This document shows positions 20,470 to 31,606 of a stretch of DNA of 64,000 bases, piece after piece. Source of the stretch: Bacteroidales bacterium (GTDB taxonomy: Bacteria; Bacteroidota; Bacteroidia; Bacteroidales; WRLA01). Positions within the stretch are counted from its first letter, which is position 1. Every line of letters starts with the position of its first letter. The position numbers and the translations under genes were made by a program. Below the pieces are notes generated by a model that did not search any database, was not told the origin of the DNA, and was given only the letters and a program-made list of their open reading frames with translations. The stretch spans positions 2,786,398 through 2,850,397 of the forward strand of contig OY781463.1 of NCBI GenBank assembly GCA_963676725.1, given 5' to 3'.

Positions 20470-21381
20470 TTGACTAATACAATGAAAAAACAAGACAATA
20501 TGCAAAAGTTAACTAATTATATAGGATGGGCTCTCATCGTTGCAGGGCTTTTATTTCTGACAAATGTATTAAAGGCTCAGACTGGTTACCCGCAGTTGGT
20601 TGCATCGAAAGATGGAACGCCGATTTCTTATGAAGTATATGGTGAAGGTCAGCCAACACTTGTGTTTGTGCATGGCTGGAGTTGCGATTCCAGGTATTGG
20701 CAAAAACAAGTCCCCTATTTCTCTAAAAACTATAAAATCATTTTGATAGACCTTGCAGGGCATGGTCATTCGGGAACAACCCGCGAAGATTATACCATGA
20801 AGGCATTTGGAGAAGATGTACAGGCGGTTGTTGAGGAAACAGGAAGCCAAAATGTGATACTTATCGGCCACTCTATGGGCGGAACTGTTATTGCCGAAGC
20901 AACAAGGTTGATGCCGAATCGAGTAATAGGTCTTATTGGTGTGGATGCCAATGAAAACATTGAATACCCGTTAAACCAAGAGGAGTTTGAGGGCATGATG
21001 GCTCCATTTCGTGAGAATTTCCAAGCCGGAACACGTCAGTTTGTTCAGCACATGCTTATTCCTGCTGGCGACACTCTTCTTAATGAGTGGATTATGTCAG
21101 ATATGTCTGCGGCTCCGCAAAGTATTGCTTTAAGTGCCATGAAAGAACTATTAACACAAAGTATTACCGGTGAAGCAGCCACAATTTTTGACGACATTAA
21201 AGTGTCGGTTATGGTTGTAAAATGTGATATGTGGCCTGTAAATTACGAAGGAAATCGACGCCATATGGAATCTTTTGAGGTTATTGAGTTGAAAAATACC
21301 GACCACTTTTTAATGCTGAACCGTCCCGAGGAATTTAATAAAGCACTGGAAAAGGCAATTGCTAACATATTAGAATATTAA
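20470..21381 (+). CDS. Secreted alpha/beta hydrolase
   Basis: VFVHGW, DLAGHG, GHSMGG. Confidence 0.9.
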   Translation: MTNTMKKQDNMQKLTNYIGWALIVAGLLFLTNVLKAQTGYPQLVASKDGTPISYEVYGEGQPTLVFVHGWSCDSRYWQKQVPYFSKNYKIILIDLAGHGHSGTTREDYTMKAFGEDVQAVVEETGSQNVILIGHSMGGTVIAEATRLMPNRVIGLIGVDANENIEYPLNQEEFEGMMAPFRENFQAGTRQFVQHMLIPAGDTLLNEWIMSDMSAAPQSIALSAMKELLTQSITGEAATIFDDIKVSVMVVKCDMWPVNYEGNRRHMESFEVIELKNTDHFLMLNRPEEFNKALEKAIANILEY

Positions 21382-21383
21382 AA

Positions 21384-22205
21384 ATGATGTATTTGAAACT
21401 CCCAATTCTTAAACGAAAATCATATGTTTTATTAAGCATTATTATTTTAATCATTGGTTGCAATATTGAAAGAAGAACTTATAACAGGGCTGGTGGTAAC
21501 CATTTGCATCTGAAATCGAATCAAAAAGAATTATTTTGGTTTAATGGCATACATGGGAATTATCCAAAGAATCCTATGTTCAAGGACATTGCTGAAGCAT
21601 TAATAAAATTCAATCCTGATTTTGTATTGACGGAAGGAAATGCAACACCTCCCAAGGACAGCCTTAAGGCGATATTAAAAGGTGAGAATGTATATGTTAC
21701 CTATCTGGCTGAACAACACAATATTCTCTGGCAAACATCAGAACCAAATGATTCATGCATTTTTGAATACTTACAGGAATCCTTTAAGAAGGATGAAATA
21801 TTTGCTATGTATTTTATTCGTCAAATGGTACAATGGAAAAGAGAGGACATCAGTGCATTCGATTCTACAGCAGTAGCATTTTCCCGGTCTGTTTCACCAA
21901 TTTTGTATGAAACAAAAGACCTGCTTACTATACATCAAATATCAAACAAGATTCAGCCTTATACAGGCATTTCTCTTTTAACAAATCACAATTGGAAAGA
22001 CTTTGATGCTAAGCAATATCTCTATTTCTCTGATAATAGGATTCATGCTGTTTACAATGCGACTTCTACATATCGAAACCAGTATCTTCTACAATTAATT
22101 GAGCAACAACTCAAACTACATGATTGCATATTCATCATGATTGGTTTTGATCATGCAAAAGAAGTTGAGAGAGAATTAATAAGTCTGTTTAAAACCGAAT
22201 TCTAA
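21384..22205 (+). CDS. Hypothetical protein, possible lipoprotein
   Basis: Hydrophobic N-terminus ending IIGC; in operon. Confidence 0.7.
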   Translation: MMYLKLPILKRKSYVLLSIIILIIGCNIERRTYNRAGGNHLHLKSNQKELFWFNGIHGNYPKNPMFKDIAEALIKFNPDFVLTEGNATPPKDSLKAILKGENVYVTYLAEQHNILWQTSEPNDSCIFEYLQESFKKDEIFAMYFIRQMVQWKREDISAFDSTAVAFSRSVSPILYETKDLLTIHQISNKIQPYTGISLLTNHNWKDFDAKQYLYFSDNRIHAVYNATSTYRNQYLLQLIEQQLKLHDCIFIMIGFDHAKEVERELISLFKTEF

Positions 22206-22226
22206 CCTGAATAAAAAAATTTTTCT

Positions 22227-22999
<773 letters not shown>

Positions 23000-23003
<4 letters not shown>

Positions 23004-24280
23004 TTAAAAATTTTAAAGTTCCAATGTGGGATAAAATGCAGTTTTTCTGTAAAAATATTTCAGACCACCAGATTCGATTTGTAATTCATTTCGATACTTC
23101 TCTTGATTTGGGGTTATTGAAAAATGCGATTCAAATCACTATTAAAGTTAACCCCATTACTTGTGCAAGTTACGTTGAGAATAAAAATGAGGTTTTATGG
23201 GAATTTTCTGAATGCGAAATAGAGAAAGTGTTTTCTTACTATGAATGTGAAGAACCTACTCAACTTATTCATGAAAAGCTTATAAGTAAATTAAACACTT
23301 ATTCAGGCCCACAATTAATACTAAACCTAATACGCTCAAAGACGGATATTTTAATTCTTAATTGCGACCATACAATTGCAGATGCCGCTGGGGTTAGGGA
23401 CTTTATGTATCAATTAGCTGCAAATTATAGAATTCTTTCACAGAACAAAACGGTACAAAAACAGACCTATATTCCCAATCGTAGCTTAAAGTCTTTGTCT
23501 AACAAAATCGGATTGAAACAAAAGCTTTCAATTTTAAAAGTAACCAAATCGAATAAAAAGAATGCTCCAACTTTTTCAAGGCCAATTGACCTAAATAATT
23601 TGCAGAACCCCGGGTTCAGAACACTTAAAATAGCACCTGCAGATTTTGATAAAATAAAGAGATTTGGGAAAAAGCATTTTGCTACTGTGAACGATATGCT
23701 TCTTGCAATTTATTTTTTCACCTTAAAGAGAGTATTTGGAAATTCAAACAAAACAAATCGGTTAACCTATTCATCAGATTTAAGGGCATACCTTGACAAT
23801 TATGATACTTTGTCCAATTACTCTGCTATTCACAATATTGATATAAATAATGCAATAAACGGTTTTGTTCCTTTATTAAAAGAAATATCGGCCATTACGA
23901 AATCAAGAAAACAAATGAAATACGACCTTGCTGATTTTCCATTGATGGCAATATTATTCAAAATCACACCGTATAAAAAGCTTGAAGGAGTGTTTCATAA
24001 GGGATTTACTAAAATTAAAGAGGGAAAATCAATTGCAGCACCAAGTTTGACCAACATGGGTATAATTGACAAAAAAAGAATTAGTTTCGGAAATGTCATT
24101 CCGGCACAATCATATCTCTTAGGAACAATAAATCACCCAAGCCTTTTACAACTTGCAGTTTCTACATATGAAAAAGAAATAACAATATCTATTGGCTCGT
24201 ATTATAGTGAAGGAAACAACACATTTATTTCCGGGTTTTTAAAAGAATTTGAGAACACAATAAAAAAAGAAGTTCTATAA
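23000..24280 (+). CDS. Condensation-domain/acyltransferase-like protein
   Basis: DHTIADAAG (HxxxDG-like), ATVND. Confidence 0.8.
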
Positions 24281-24561
24281 ACATTCCTCATAGAGTGTTT
24301 TAGGTATATTGCAATAATAGCCCACCCTATTTGTAAGCACATTGGCAAGTCACACGAGCTGCGCTCAAACCAGAACTTACCAAAGAGCTTACAAAGCCAG
24401 CCCTAAGTATCGCCTTTAAGGGCGATTTGGGATTTCCCCACCCACAAAAAACAAAATAAATTCGTACTTCTAATCAACGTCAGTGCGGATTGAAAAGATA
24501 AAAGATTAATTTTGTAAAAACTTGAAACAAATTGACTTTGAACAATGAACACCAGCATACA

Positions 24562-26622
24562 ATCGAGTAGGCTGCCGCTAGGCAGATTTGCCTAGCGGAG
24601 AACACTTCGATAAAAACTCAGTGCATCGCCTCTCACACCACTGTACCCTTCGACAAGCTCAGGATAAACCAAGCGGGTCTCGTATACAGCGGTTCATTAA
24701 GATGTGGGGCGATTTTTTCGTACATTTCGAGCAGGGACACATAGCCTCTTTTTCGTAGCCTTTCCAAGGTGATTGTTGTGCCCAGTATAGGGCTTTGAGC
24801 TACTGCCCTGCCTCCCATACGCGTCCATGCATATGCCTGCCCTTGGTTTACACCTAAACGTACAAGGTTTTTCCTTTTCCGTTCAGGCTTTTTCCAGTGG
24901 TGCCATATGCAATACCTCAGGCGGTTCCTTAGCCATCCATCAATGCTCTTGAGCTTTCCGGATATTTTTGCCATACGGAAGTACCCTAAGGCCACCTTGT
25001 GCCTCTATTATTTTCCGAATGCGTTCATCGAAAGTCATAGGGGTAGTTTTACGGGTGATCACTTTGAGCTTTTGCTTTAAGGATTGCCACCGCTTTTTCC
25101 CAACAACCATTTGGTATTTCCCTTTCTCACCTTTAATGTAAGTTGGGACAAACCCAAATCCGAGTATTGTTAGCTGCACAGGTTTTCGGATTCCGCTTTT
25201 TTCCCTGTTGATCGGTAACTTCAACTTTTGTTTCAGAAATAAATAGGTGTTGTTTCCTATCCTTCGGGCTGCCGACTTGCTTTTTGTGTAAATACTAAAG
25301 TCATCGGCATAGCGTATGAACCGAAGCCCTTGTCTTTTTAGTTCCTTGTCGAGCTCATGTAGCATGATGTTGGACAATAAAGGACTTTGCTGCCCTGCAT
25401 TCCGGCTCGCTCGTTAAAAATATCCACTGGATATTTTCTTAACACTCGGACCTCCTGTGGCACGCCCTTACGTCTTTTGGTCAGTTTGCCGTTGATCAAA
25501 ATCGGCGCCCTGAGCCATTTTCGTATAAGCCGTAGGGTGAGCGGGCATTTTACTCTACTGTAGAGCAGTTGAAGCAAAATACAGTGGTCCACTTCATCGA
25601 AGAACCCTCTTAGGTCAATATCGACTATGTGGCTGTATCCGTCATTAATGTGCTCCTGTGCTTTCAATACAGCTTGTTGGGCATTCCTGTTTGGCCTAAA
25701 ACCATAACTTTGGTCTTCAAAGCTTAGTTCAAATTTTGCCGCCAGTACCTGCCCTGTTGCTTGTTGCAATAGTCGGTCTGTTGCTGTTGGTATGCCTAGT
25801 AGGCGTGTTTTTCCATTGCTCTTTGGTATTTCTACCCCCAAAATAGCTTGTGGCAGGTATTTCCCGAGTCGTAGTGATGTCTCTAGAATATCACGCTGAT
25901 CGGACAGGTGTTTGTACAGGAAGCTTACCTGCATCCCATCTATACCTGCCGCGCCTTTGTTCTTTACAACTTGCCTTAAGGCTCTCATTACGTTTCTTCG
26001 GTCAATTACTTGCTCAATCATTTTTGGGTGTTAAAAAAAAATAATGTTTCCCTGTTCCGCTTATAAAAGGGCTACGGCCATTAAGCTGATCCCTAATGCA
26101 TTTGGAACATCTTAATGTTTAGTCCTTTATTGCTTTGTGAGACCTCCGTATATCTATTACGGCTCGTTGCCGGCAACTACTATGACTTCTGCTGACTTCT
26201 TGGCTTACAGAGAACACGTCTGTTCCAAGACCTCCCCAGGCGCTGCAGTGAGCACGGCCGAACTGTAAGAACCCTATCTTTCTACTTATGCCTGACACAT
26301 CTACTAAGCAAGGATTATTGGTCAGGGGCTTTGCAAAGATGTGCTTGCTTACCCTCCCTGTTTAGCCTCATATGTGCTTTCTGTTTAGTTTACCCTGAGG
26401 TGCTCGAAGGGTCAGTACAAGTATTTGCGGTCCTGCTTCCTTCAGTGAATACCTCACGATAAACCACCTTGCAGCTTGCTAATCGGCTTCACCAAATGCC
26501 GATAAGGGACTTTCACCCTCGAGATATTGTTCACCCACTTTTTGGCTCTGAAAAATAAATTTGTATTTTTGACATTTTTCTAAAGCTTTCGGTGGGTGTG
26601 CTTAAGCTCATGCTGGGCACAC
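24562..26622 (-). mobile_element. Group IIC intron, degenerate
   Basis: Same termini as 15293-15982; fragmented RT; insertions in domain V. Confidence 0.9.
24696..26021 (-). pseudogene. ltrA: Group II intron RT/maturase in three frames (3' end approximate)
   Basis: NKGAAGIDG, RLLGIPT, GVPQ, RYADD and maturase X motifs split over ORFs 25338-26021, 24940-25377, 24633-24995. Confidence 0.88.
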
Positions 26623-26770
26623 ACATTTTGTATAAGTAATGGCAGGCAAAGTATTAAATATCAAGGTTTGTAACCCGCTCAAACTGCGTAGCGGTTTGAC
26701 AGGAAAGTACCACGCAATCTGCCACTACTCATACAATTTTCCGTTAGCCCCCATTTAAAAAAAACTAAGT

Positions 26771-27334
26771 ATGGATTTCAAAAATAGAGTTCTAGAACAT
26801 TATAAAATGTCTGATTCCGAATGGGAGTATTCAATTAATTGCTTTACTGTGGAGCAAATACAGGCTAAGTCATTTTTTTTGAAACAAGGTGAAATTTCAG
26901 ATAAATTAGGAGCTCTTGAAAAAGGTTTATTGCGAACCTTTTATATAAATGATAATGCAACAGAGATAACAACACATTTTTACCAACCGACTAGTGTTGT
27001 AGTTTCTATTGATAGCTTTAATAAGCAAGTACCTTCAAACGAATTCATTGTTGCAGTAGAAGACTCTGAAATGTACATCTTAACTTATAAAAAAATGTTG
27101 GATTTAATAAATGCAGTACCGGTTTGGAAGCAAATTGCAACTGATACTTATGAAATAAAGCATAGGAATCAAACAAGGCGGACGCTTGATTTTCAAACTT
27201 TAACTGCAAAAGAGAGATACCTTCAACTTTTACTAATAAATCCTTCCATTATTCAAAAGGTTGCATTAAAGCATATTGCTACCTATTTGGGAATTGATGT
27301 AGCTACACTTAGCCGGATTAGAAATAATTTGTAA
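26771..27334 (+). CDS. Crp/Fnr-family regulator
   Basis: IATYLGIDVATLSRIR HTH. Confidence 0.9.
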   Translation: MDFKNRVLEHYKMSDSEWEYSINCFTVEQIQAKSFFLKQGEISDKLGALEKGLLRTFYINDNATEITTHFYQPTSVVVSIDSFNKQVPSNEFIVAVEDSEMYILTYKKMLDLINAVPVWKQIATDTYEIKHRNQTRRTLDFQTLTAKERYLQLLLINPSIIQKVALKHIATYLGIDVATLSRIRNNL

Positions 27335-27338
27335 TTTT

Positions 27339-27352
27339 TTGACTTTTGTCAA
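27339..27352. promoter_or_regulatory. FNR/Crp-like palindromic operator
   Basis: TTGAC-TTTT-GTCAA right after the regulator gene. Confidence 0.6.
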
Positions 27353-27416
27353 GTAATCATTTCGAACAACATAGATATTTTTGTTTAAACATAACAAACT
27401 TTTAAAGAACAATACT

Positions 27417-28304
27417 ATGGCAAGTGTTAGAAGCTCTATTCTTCGGTTTTTGTTAAGGCATTTAGTTGATTGGAATAAACCTTTAGACGAGGTTCGTGAA
27501 ATGCATAAAAAAGTTGAAAGTAAACCAAAGATTCCGAAAGATATCAAGATTAAAGAAGTAAAAATTAATGGAAGTATTTCAGAATGGTTTATACCTAATA
27601 ATAGAAATACAGAAAAGACCCTAATTTACATACATGGTGGTGGTTATTGCCTTGGAATCGTTAATGCAAATCGAAATTTTGTAATAATGTTGGCAAACTA
27701 TTTTCAAGTTCCAATTCTTATGCTTAATTATCGATTGGCTCCTGAAAATCCCTTTCCTGCAGCAATTGATGATGCGGTGCAATTATATAAATACCTTGTG
27801 AATGAGCAAAACATAGCACCACAAAATATCGGATATATTGCTGATTCATCAGGTTGTGGGCTTACACTCGCCTCATTCATCAGGTTAAAATCAGAAAACA
27901 TCTTACTACCAAAGTTTCAAATATTCATGTCACCTGTTGTTGACTTGACAAGACAAGGTGAATCCTTTCTAAAAATGAAAGATAAGGATCCTATGTCGAT
28001 TAAAAGAGAGTTCTATATAGACAATCTTTACTTGAATGGAAATAATCCGCAAAACCCTCTTATATCTCCTGTTTTCGGAGATTTATCAAATTTTCCTCAA
28101 ACTTTTATTCAGGCAAGTGAATTTGATGTATTCTTAAGTGATTCAGTAATGCTGGCTGATAAGCTAGAAAATCAAAATTGCAAAGTCCAATATAAATTAT
28201 GGGAAAAAATGTGGCATAATTTTCAGATGAGTCACTCAATATTACCTGAAGGAAAAAGAGCTATTTACGAAATCAAACATTATATTCAAGAGCAAATTTC
28301 GTAA
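27417..28304 (+). CDS. HSL-family alpha/beta hydrolase
   Basis: HGGG, YRLAPENPFPAA, ADSSG; ATG 27417 preferred over TTG 27381. Confidence 0.9.
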   Translation: MASVRSSILRFLLRHLVDWNKPLDEVREMHKKVESKPKIPKDIKIKEVKINGSISEWFIPNNRNTEKTLIYIHGGGYCLGIVNANRNFVIMLANYFQVPILMLNYRLAPENPFPAAIDDAVQLYKYLVNEQNIAPQNIGYIADSSGCGLTLASFIRLKSENILLPKFQIFMSPVVDLTRQGESFLKMKDKDPMSIKREFYIDNLYLNGNNPQNPLISPVFGDLSNFPQTFIQASEFDVFLSDSVMLADKLENQNCKVQYKLWEKMWHNFQMSHSILPEGKRAIYEIKHYIQEQIS

Positions 28305-28626
28305 GTGCTTAAAATTCTTTAATATTATTAAACAAGAAAAATGAGATTTTCAAAAAATAGCAGAAAACATGTTTTTCCACATAGGATATTCAGATTCTTA
28401 CTTTTAACTATGGTGCTTAATCTCATTGTTTTAACGCCCCAGATTTCTGCCCTGTAAAATGGTAAATTTATTTTGGTTATGAAAAATTTATTGAAACAAG
28501 AGTACAATTAATGATTACAGCAAGAAAATTCAATTGAATATTCAAGAGAAAAACAAATTGGTTTTCTAACAATTTTTTTCTTCGCGAAATGAAAAATAAA
28601 AAGGAATTAGATAAGAAAGTGATTTT

Positions 28627-29307
28627 ATGGGAAATAATTACACTAATAATACAATCTCGGAACAAAATGCCCTAATAGGGAGAATTATTTCATGGACTGT
28701 TTCTGTAACTATAATAATTTACCTAATTGTTTTAATTCTTGGGTTTTTATCATTAAAATCACCTGATGACCCCATTGGCAATCCTTATTTCACCATTCTT
28801 GAAATACTAATAATTCTACTTGCACCATCAATGGTGTTTTCCTTGGTAATTGTTCATAAATCAACTCCAGAGAACCTGAAGATATATTCATTGACAGCGT
28901 TGATTTTATTGTCAATTATGGCTTCTATTACATGTTGTTTACATTTTGTGATTTTAACTTTAAGTCAACAAGAAGCTTTCATGAATGAGAACTGGGCATT
29001 ACTGGTGTTTTCTTTTAAATGGCCATCCTTAGCATATTCAATTGATATCCTTGCTTGGGATTTCTTTTATGCTCTTTCAATGTTGTTTTTATCAGCAACA
29101 TTCAGAAAAAAGGGACTGGAAACCCTTATTCGTATAACATTAATCGTGAGTGGAGTTCTTTCATTTATAGGAATATTAGGTATTCCGTTGAATAATATGC
29201 AAGTAAGAAATATTGGAATAGTCGGATACACTATTTTCGCAATAATTTTATTCTTCTTAATTGGTGTCGCGTTTGAACGGAGAGCGATGAAACAGATAGG
29301 CAATTAG
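28627..29307 (+). CDS. Membrane protein
   Basis: About six hydrophobic segments. Confidence 0.8.
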   Translation: MGNNYTNNTISEQNALIGRIISWTVSVTIIIYLIVLILGFLSLKSPDDPIGNPYFTILEILIILLAPSMVFSLVIVHKSTPENLKIYSLTALILLSIMASITCCLHFVILTLSQQEAFMNENWALLVFSFKWPSLAYSIDILAWDFFYALSMLFLSATFRKKGLETLIRITLIVSGVLSFIGILGIPLNNMQVRNIGIVGYTIFAIILFFLIGVAFERRAMKQIGN

Positions 29308-29592
29308 GTTATGAGGATTATTAAATACATTACAGATTCCTTAGTGTCCCTTTAATCATATAAAAACAGAATATAAAAGCCCATGATAGTTCAATTTCTA
29401 AGACACTATTCGTCAGAACAAAACCATTGTCCTTCGAGCATTAACAACATATCAGTTTTTATGCAAACTAAGTATGTGTGATAGGAAAATATGCTATAAT
29501 AACTTTATACAAAAGGTGGTCATGAGGTAAATTCTGAGTTGGAAAACTAGAAGACAAATTAACACTTTCTTAAATAATTAAATTATACATTT

Positions 29593-30531
29593 ATGTCAAA
29601 TAATAATGTAAAAGAAACACTTATGAAATTAGCAGGTTTACTAGTTATTGTTTTAATTAACCTTTCTGTCAAAGCGCAAGAAAAATATGTAACAACTTCC
29701 GATAGTGTGAGCTTGTTTGTTAAGGTTAAAGGTAATGGACCAGCTTGTTTATACATTCATGGTGGTCCGGGTTCTGGTAGCAACTGGATGGAGGTGTTTA
29801 TGGGCGATTCACTCGAAAAACAATTCCAGATGATTTACCTCGACCAAAGAGGAGTAGGCAGATCTTCAAGTCCTGCTGATAAAAACTATTCAACGCAGCG
29901 CATGTTGCAAGATTTTGAGGAAGTTAGAGCTGAGTTGGGCATTAAGGAATGGTTGACCATCGGGCATTCTTTTGGTGGAATTCTGCAAATGGCTTATGTT
30001 AAAAGCTACCCTAAAGCGATTAAAGGACTAATGTTTATTAATTGCACCCTTGATATGAATGATAGTTTTGGAAATAGCTGGTTGCCCAAAGCAATAGATT
30101 TGCTAGGGGATGAGACTCCTGCAATATGTAGAGATACAACAGTATCAGTTTATCAACGTATGCTTGCAATTATGCCGGTTTTGGGCAAAAAAGGCGAGAT
30201 GTGGAAAATATTCTTTAACCATGAAGAAGACAGCTGGAAAATGAACGAAACCTATAGCAAATTTGAAAGCTGGAATGGTGAACAAAGCGAACAAATTCTG
30301 GAATTTGATGAGTATTGGCAGGATTTCAGAAATTATTCAGCAAAAGTTTCACAACCTGTACTTTTTTATTATGGTGAAACCGATTGGGCCATAGGCCCTG
30401 AACATTACAAAGGAGCGAAGTTCCCCGAAATGATTTTGTGGGGTAGTGAAGTTGGACACATGCCGTTTCTGGAAGACAAAACAGATGTTGTTAAAGCAAT
30501 CAACCTATTCAAATTGAAATATTTTTACTAG
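29593..30531 (+). CDS. Proline iminopeptidase-like alpha/beta hydrolase
   Basis: HGGPG, DQRGVGRS, GHSFGG. Confidence 0.88.
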   Translation: MSNNNVKETLMKLAGLLVIVLINLSVKAQEKYVTTSDSVSLFVKVKGNGPACLYIHGGPGSGSNWMEVFMGDSLEKQFQMIYLDQRGVGRSSSPADKNYSTQRMLQDFEEVRAELGIKEWLTIGHSFGGILQMAYVKSYPKAIKGLMFINCTLDMNDSFGNSWLPKAIDLLGDETPAICRDTTVSVYQRMLAIMPVLGKKGEMWKIFFNHEEDSWKMNETYSKFESWNGEQSEQILEFDEYWQDFRNYSAKVSQPVLFYYGETDWAIGPEHYKGAKFPEMILWGSEVGHMPFLEDKTDVVKAINLFKLKYFY

Positions 30532-30545
30532 CAGAATTTTTAAAA

Positions 30546-31463
30546 ATGAAACGAATTTTTGTCTGTTCTATTATACTTTTTAGTTTGCTTTCATACAACG
30601 TTTATTCACAGGAATTTAAATCGCCAAAGGACACAAGCAAGATAGAAAAAGGCACGCTTTACATAGCACTTGGTTTTACCGTAGCTTATTATGCAACTTC
30701 CATTTTTGTAATGAACAATACCTGGTATAAAGACAAAGAAAGAGTTCCATTTCATTTTTACAACGATAATGCAGGGTATCTTCAAGTCGATAAGTTTGGG
30801 CATATGTTTGGAGGTTACGTGTACAGCTACATTGGTTATTTTGGATTATTAAAACTTGGTGCAACTAGAAAAGAGGCACTCATTTTTGGCTCAACGTTAG
30901 GTTTTGTTTTGCAATTTCCGATTGAAATTATGGATGGATTGCACGAAGGCTATGGCTTTTCATGGGGCGATATAGCTGCAAATACAATGGGTTCAGCACT
31001 AGTGTTTGGGCAGGAATTATTGTTTCGGGAACAGGTTATAAAATATAAATTCAGTTATTGGGAATCAGAGTATTCAAAAAACTCGAATGGCTACTATGGT
31101 GAAACTACCTTGAATCGTCTGTTAAAAGATTATAATGGCCATACCTATTGGTTTTCAATTCCAATAAATAAGTTTATTTTCAAACAAACTTTACCTTCAT
31201 GGCTTAGCATTGCTGGAGGTTATGGTGCTAATGGCATGTATGGCGAATTCGAAAATGTCACCAGTTTCAACGGTGCTGCAATTCCAGAAACAGAAAGATA
31301 CCGTCAATACCTTTTATCGTTAGATATTGACTGGACAAGAATAAAAACAGATTCAAAGTTTTTACAGATACTTTTTAAAGGTATGACTTTTATAAAACTA
31401 CCTTTTTCGACTTTGGAATACAATTCAAAAGGGCGATTTAAAGGGTACTGGATTTATTATTAG
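30546..31463 (+). CDS. DUF2279/YfiM-like protein
   Basis: DKFGH, FSWGD, KDYNGHTYW, RYRQY..SLDID. Confidence 0.8.
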   Translation: MKRIFVCSIILFSLLSYNVYSQEFKSPKDTSKIEKGTLYIALGFTVAYYATSIFVMNNTWYKDKERVPFHFYNDNAGYLQVDKFGHMFGGYVYSYIGYFGLLKLGATRKEALIFGSTLGFVLQFPIEIMDGLHEGYGFSWGDIAANTMGSALVFGQELLFREQVIKYKFSYWESEYSKNSNGYYGETTLNRLLKDYNGHTYWFSIPINKFIFKQTLPSWLSIAGGYGANGMYGEFENVTSFNGAAIPETERYRQYLLSLDIDWTRIKTDSKFLQILFKGMTFIKLPFSTLEYNSKGRFKGYWIYY

Positions 31464-31606
31464 AAAGGAAATGAAAAAACGGGGGCTAATGTGTATAATT
31501 CATAAGGGTTTCAGAGATTTTCTAGCGTTGTTGCCCGCTTCAATTTTAGGTGGTAACTTGAAAGGTTTGAATCCCGCCATCCCTTACGAAATCATACACT
31601 TGCCGT

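Larger units (their letters stand above)
24555..26752 (+). repeat. attC-like site 6, interrupted by an intron
   Basis: GCATACA|AC rejoined; AGTAATGGCAG//CTGCCACTACT..GTTAGCCCCC. Confidence 0.85.

Noticed and set aside
24281..24554. Additional attC-like site (CACCCACAAAA, TCGCCTTTAAGGGCGA hairpin)
   Set aside because: No AAC box with paired arms and downstream GTT
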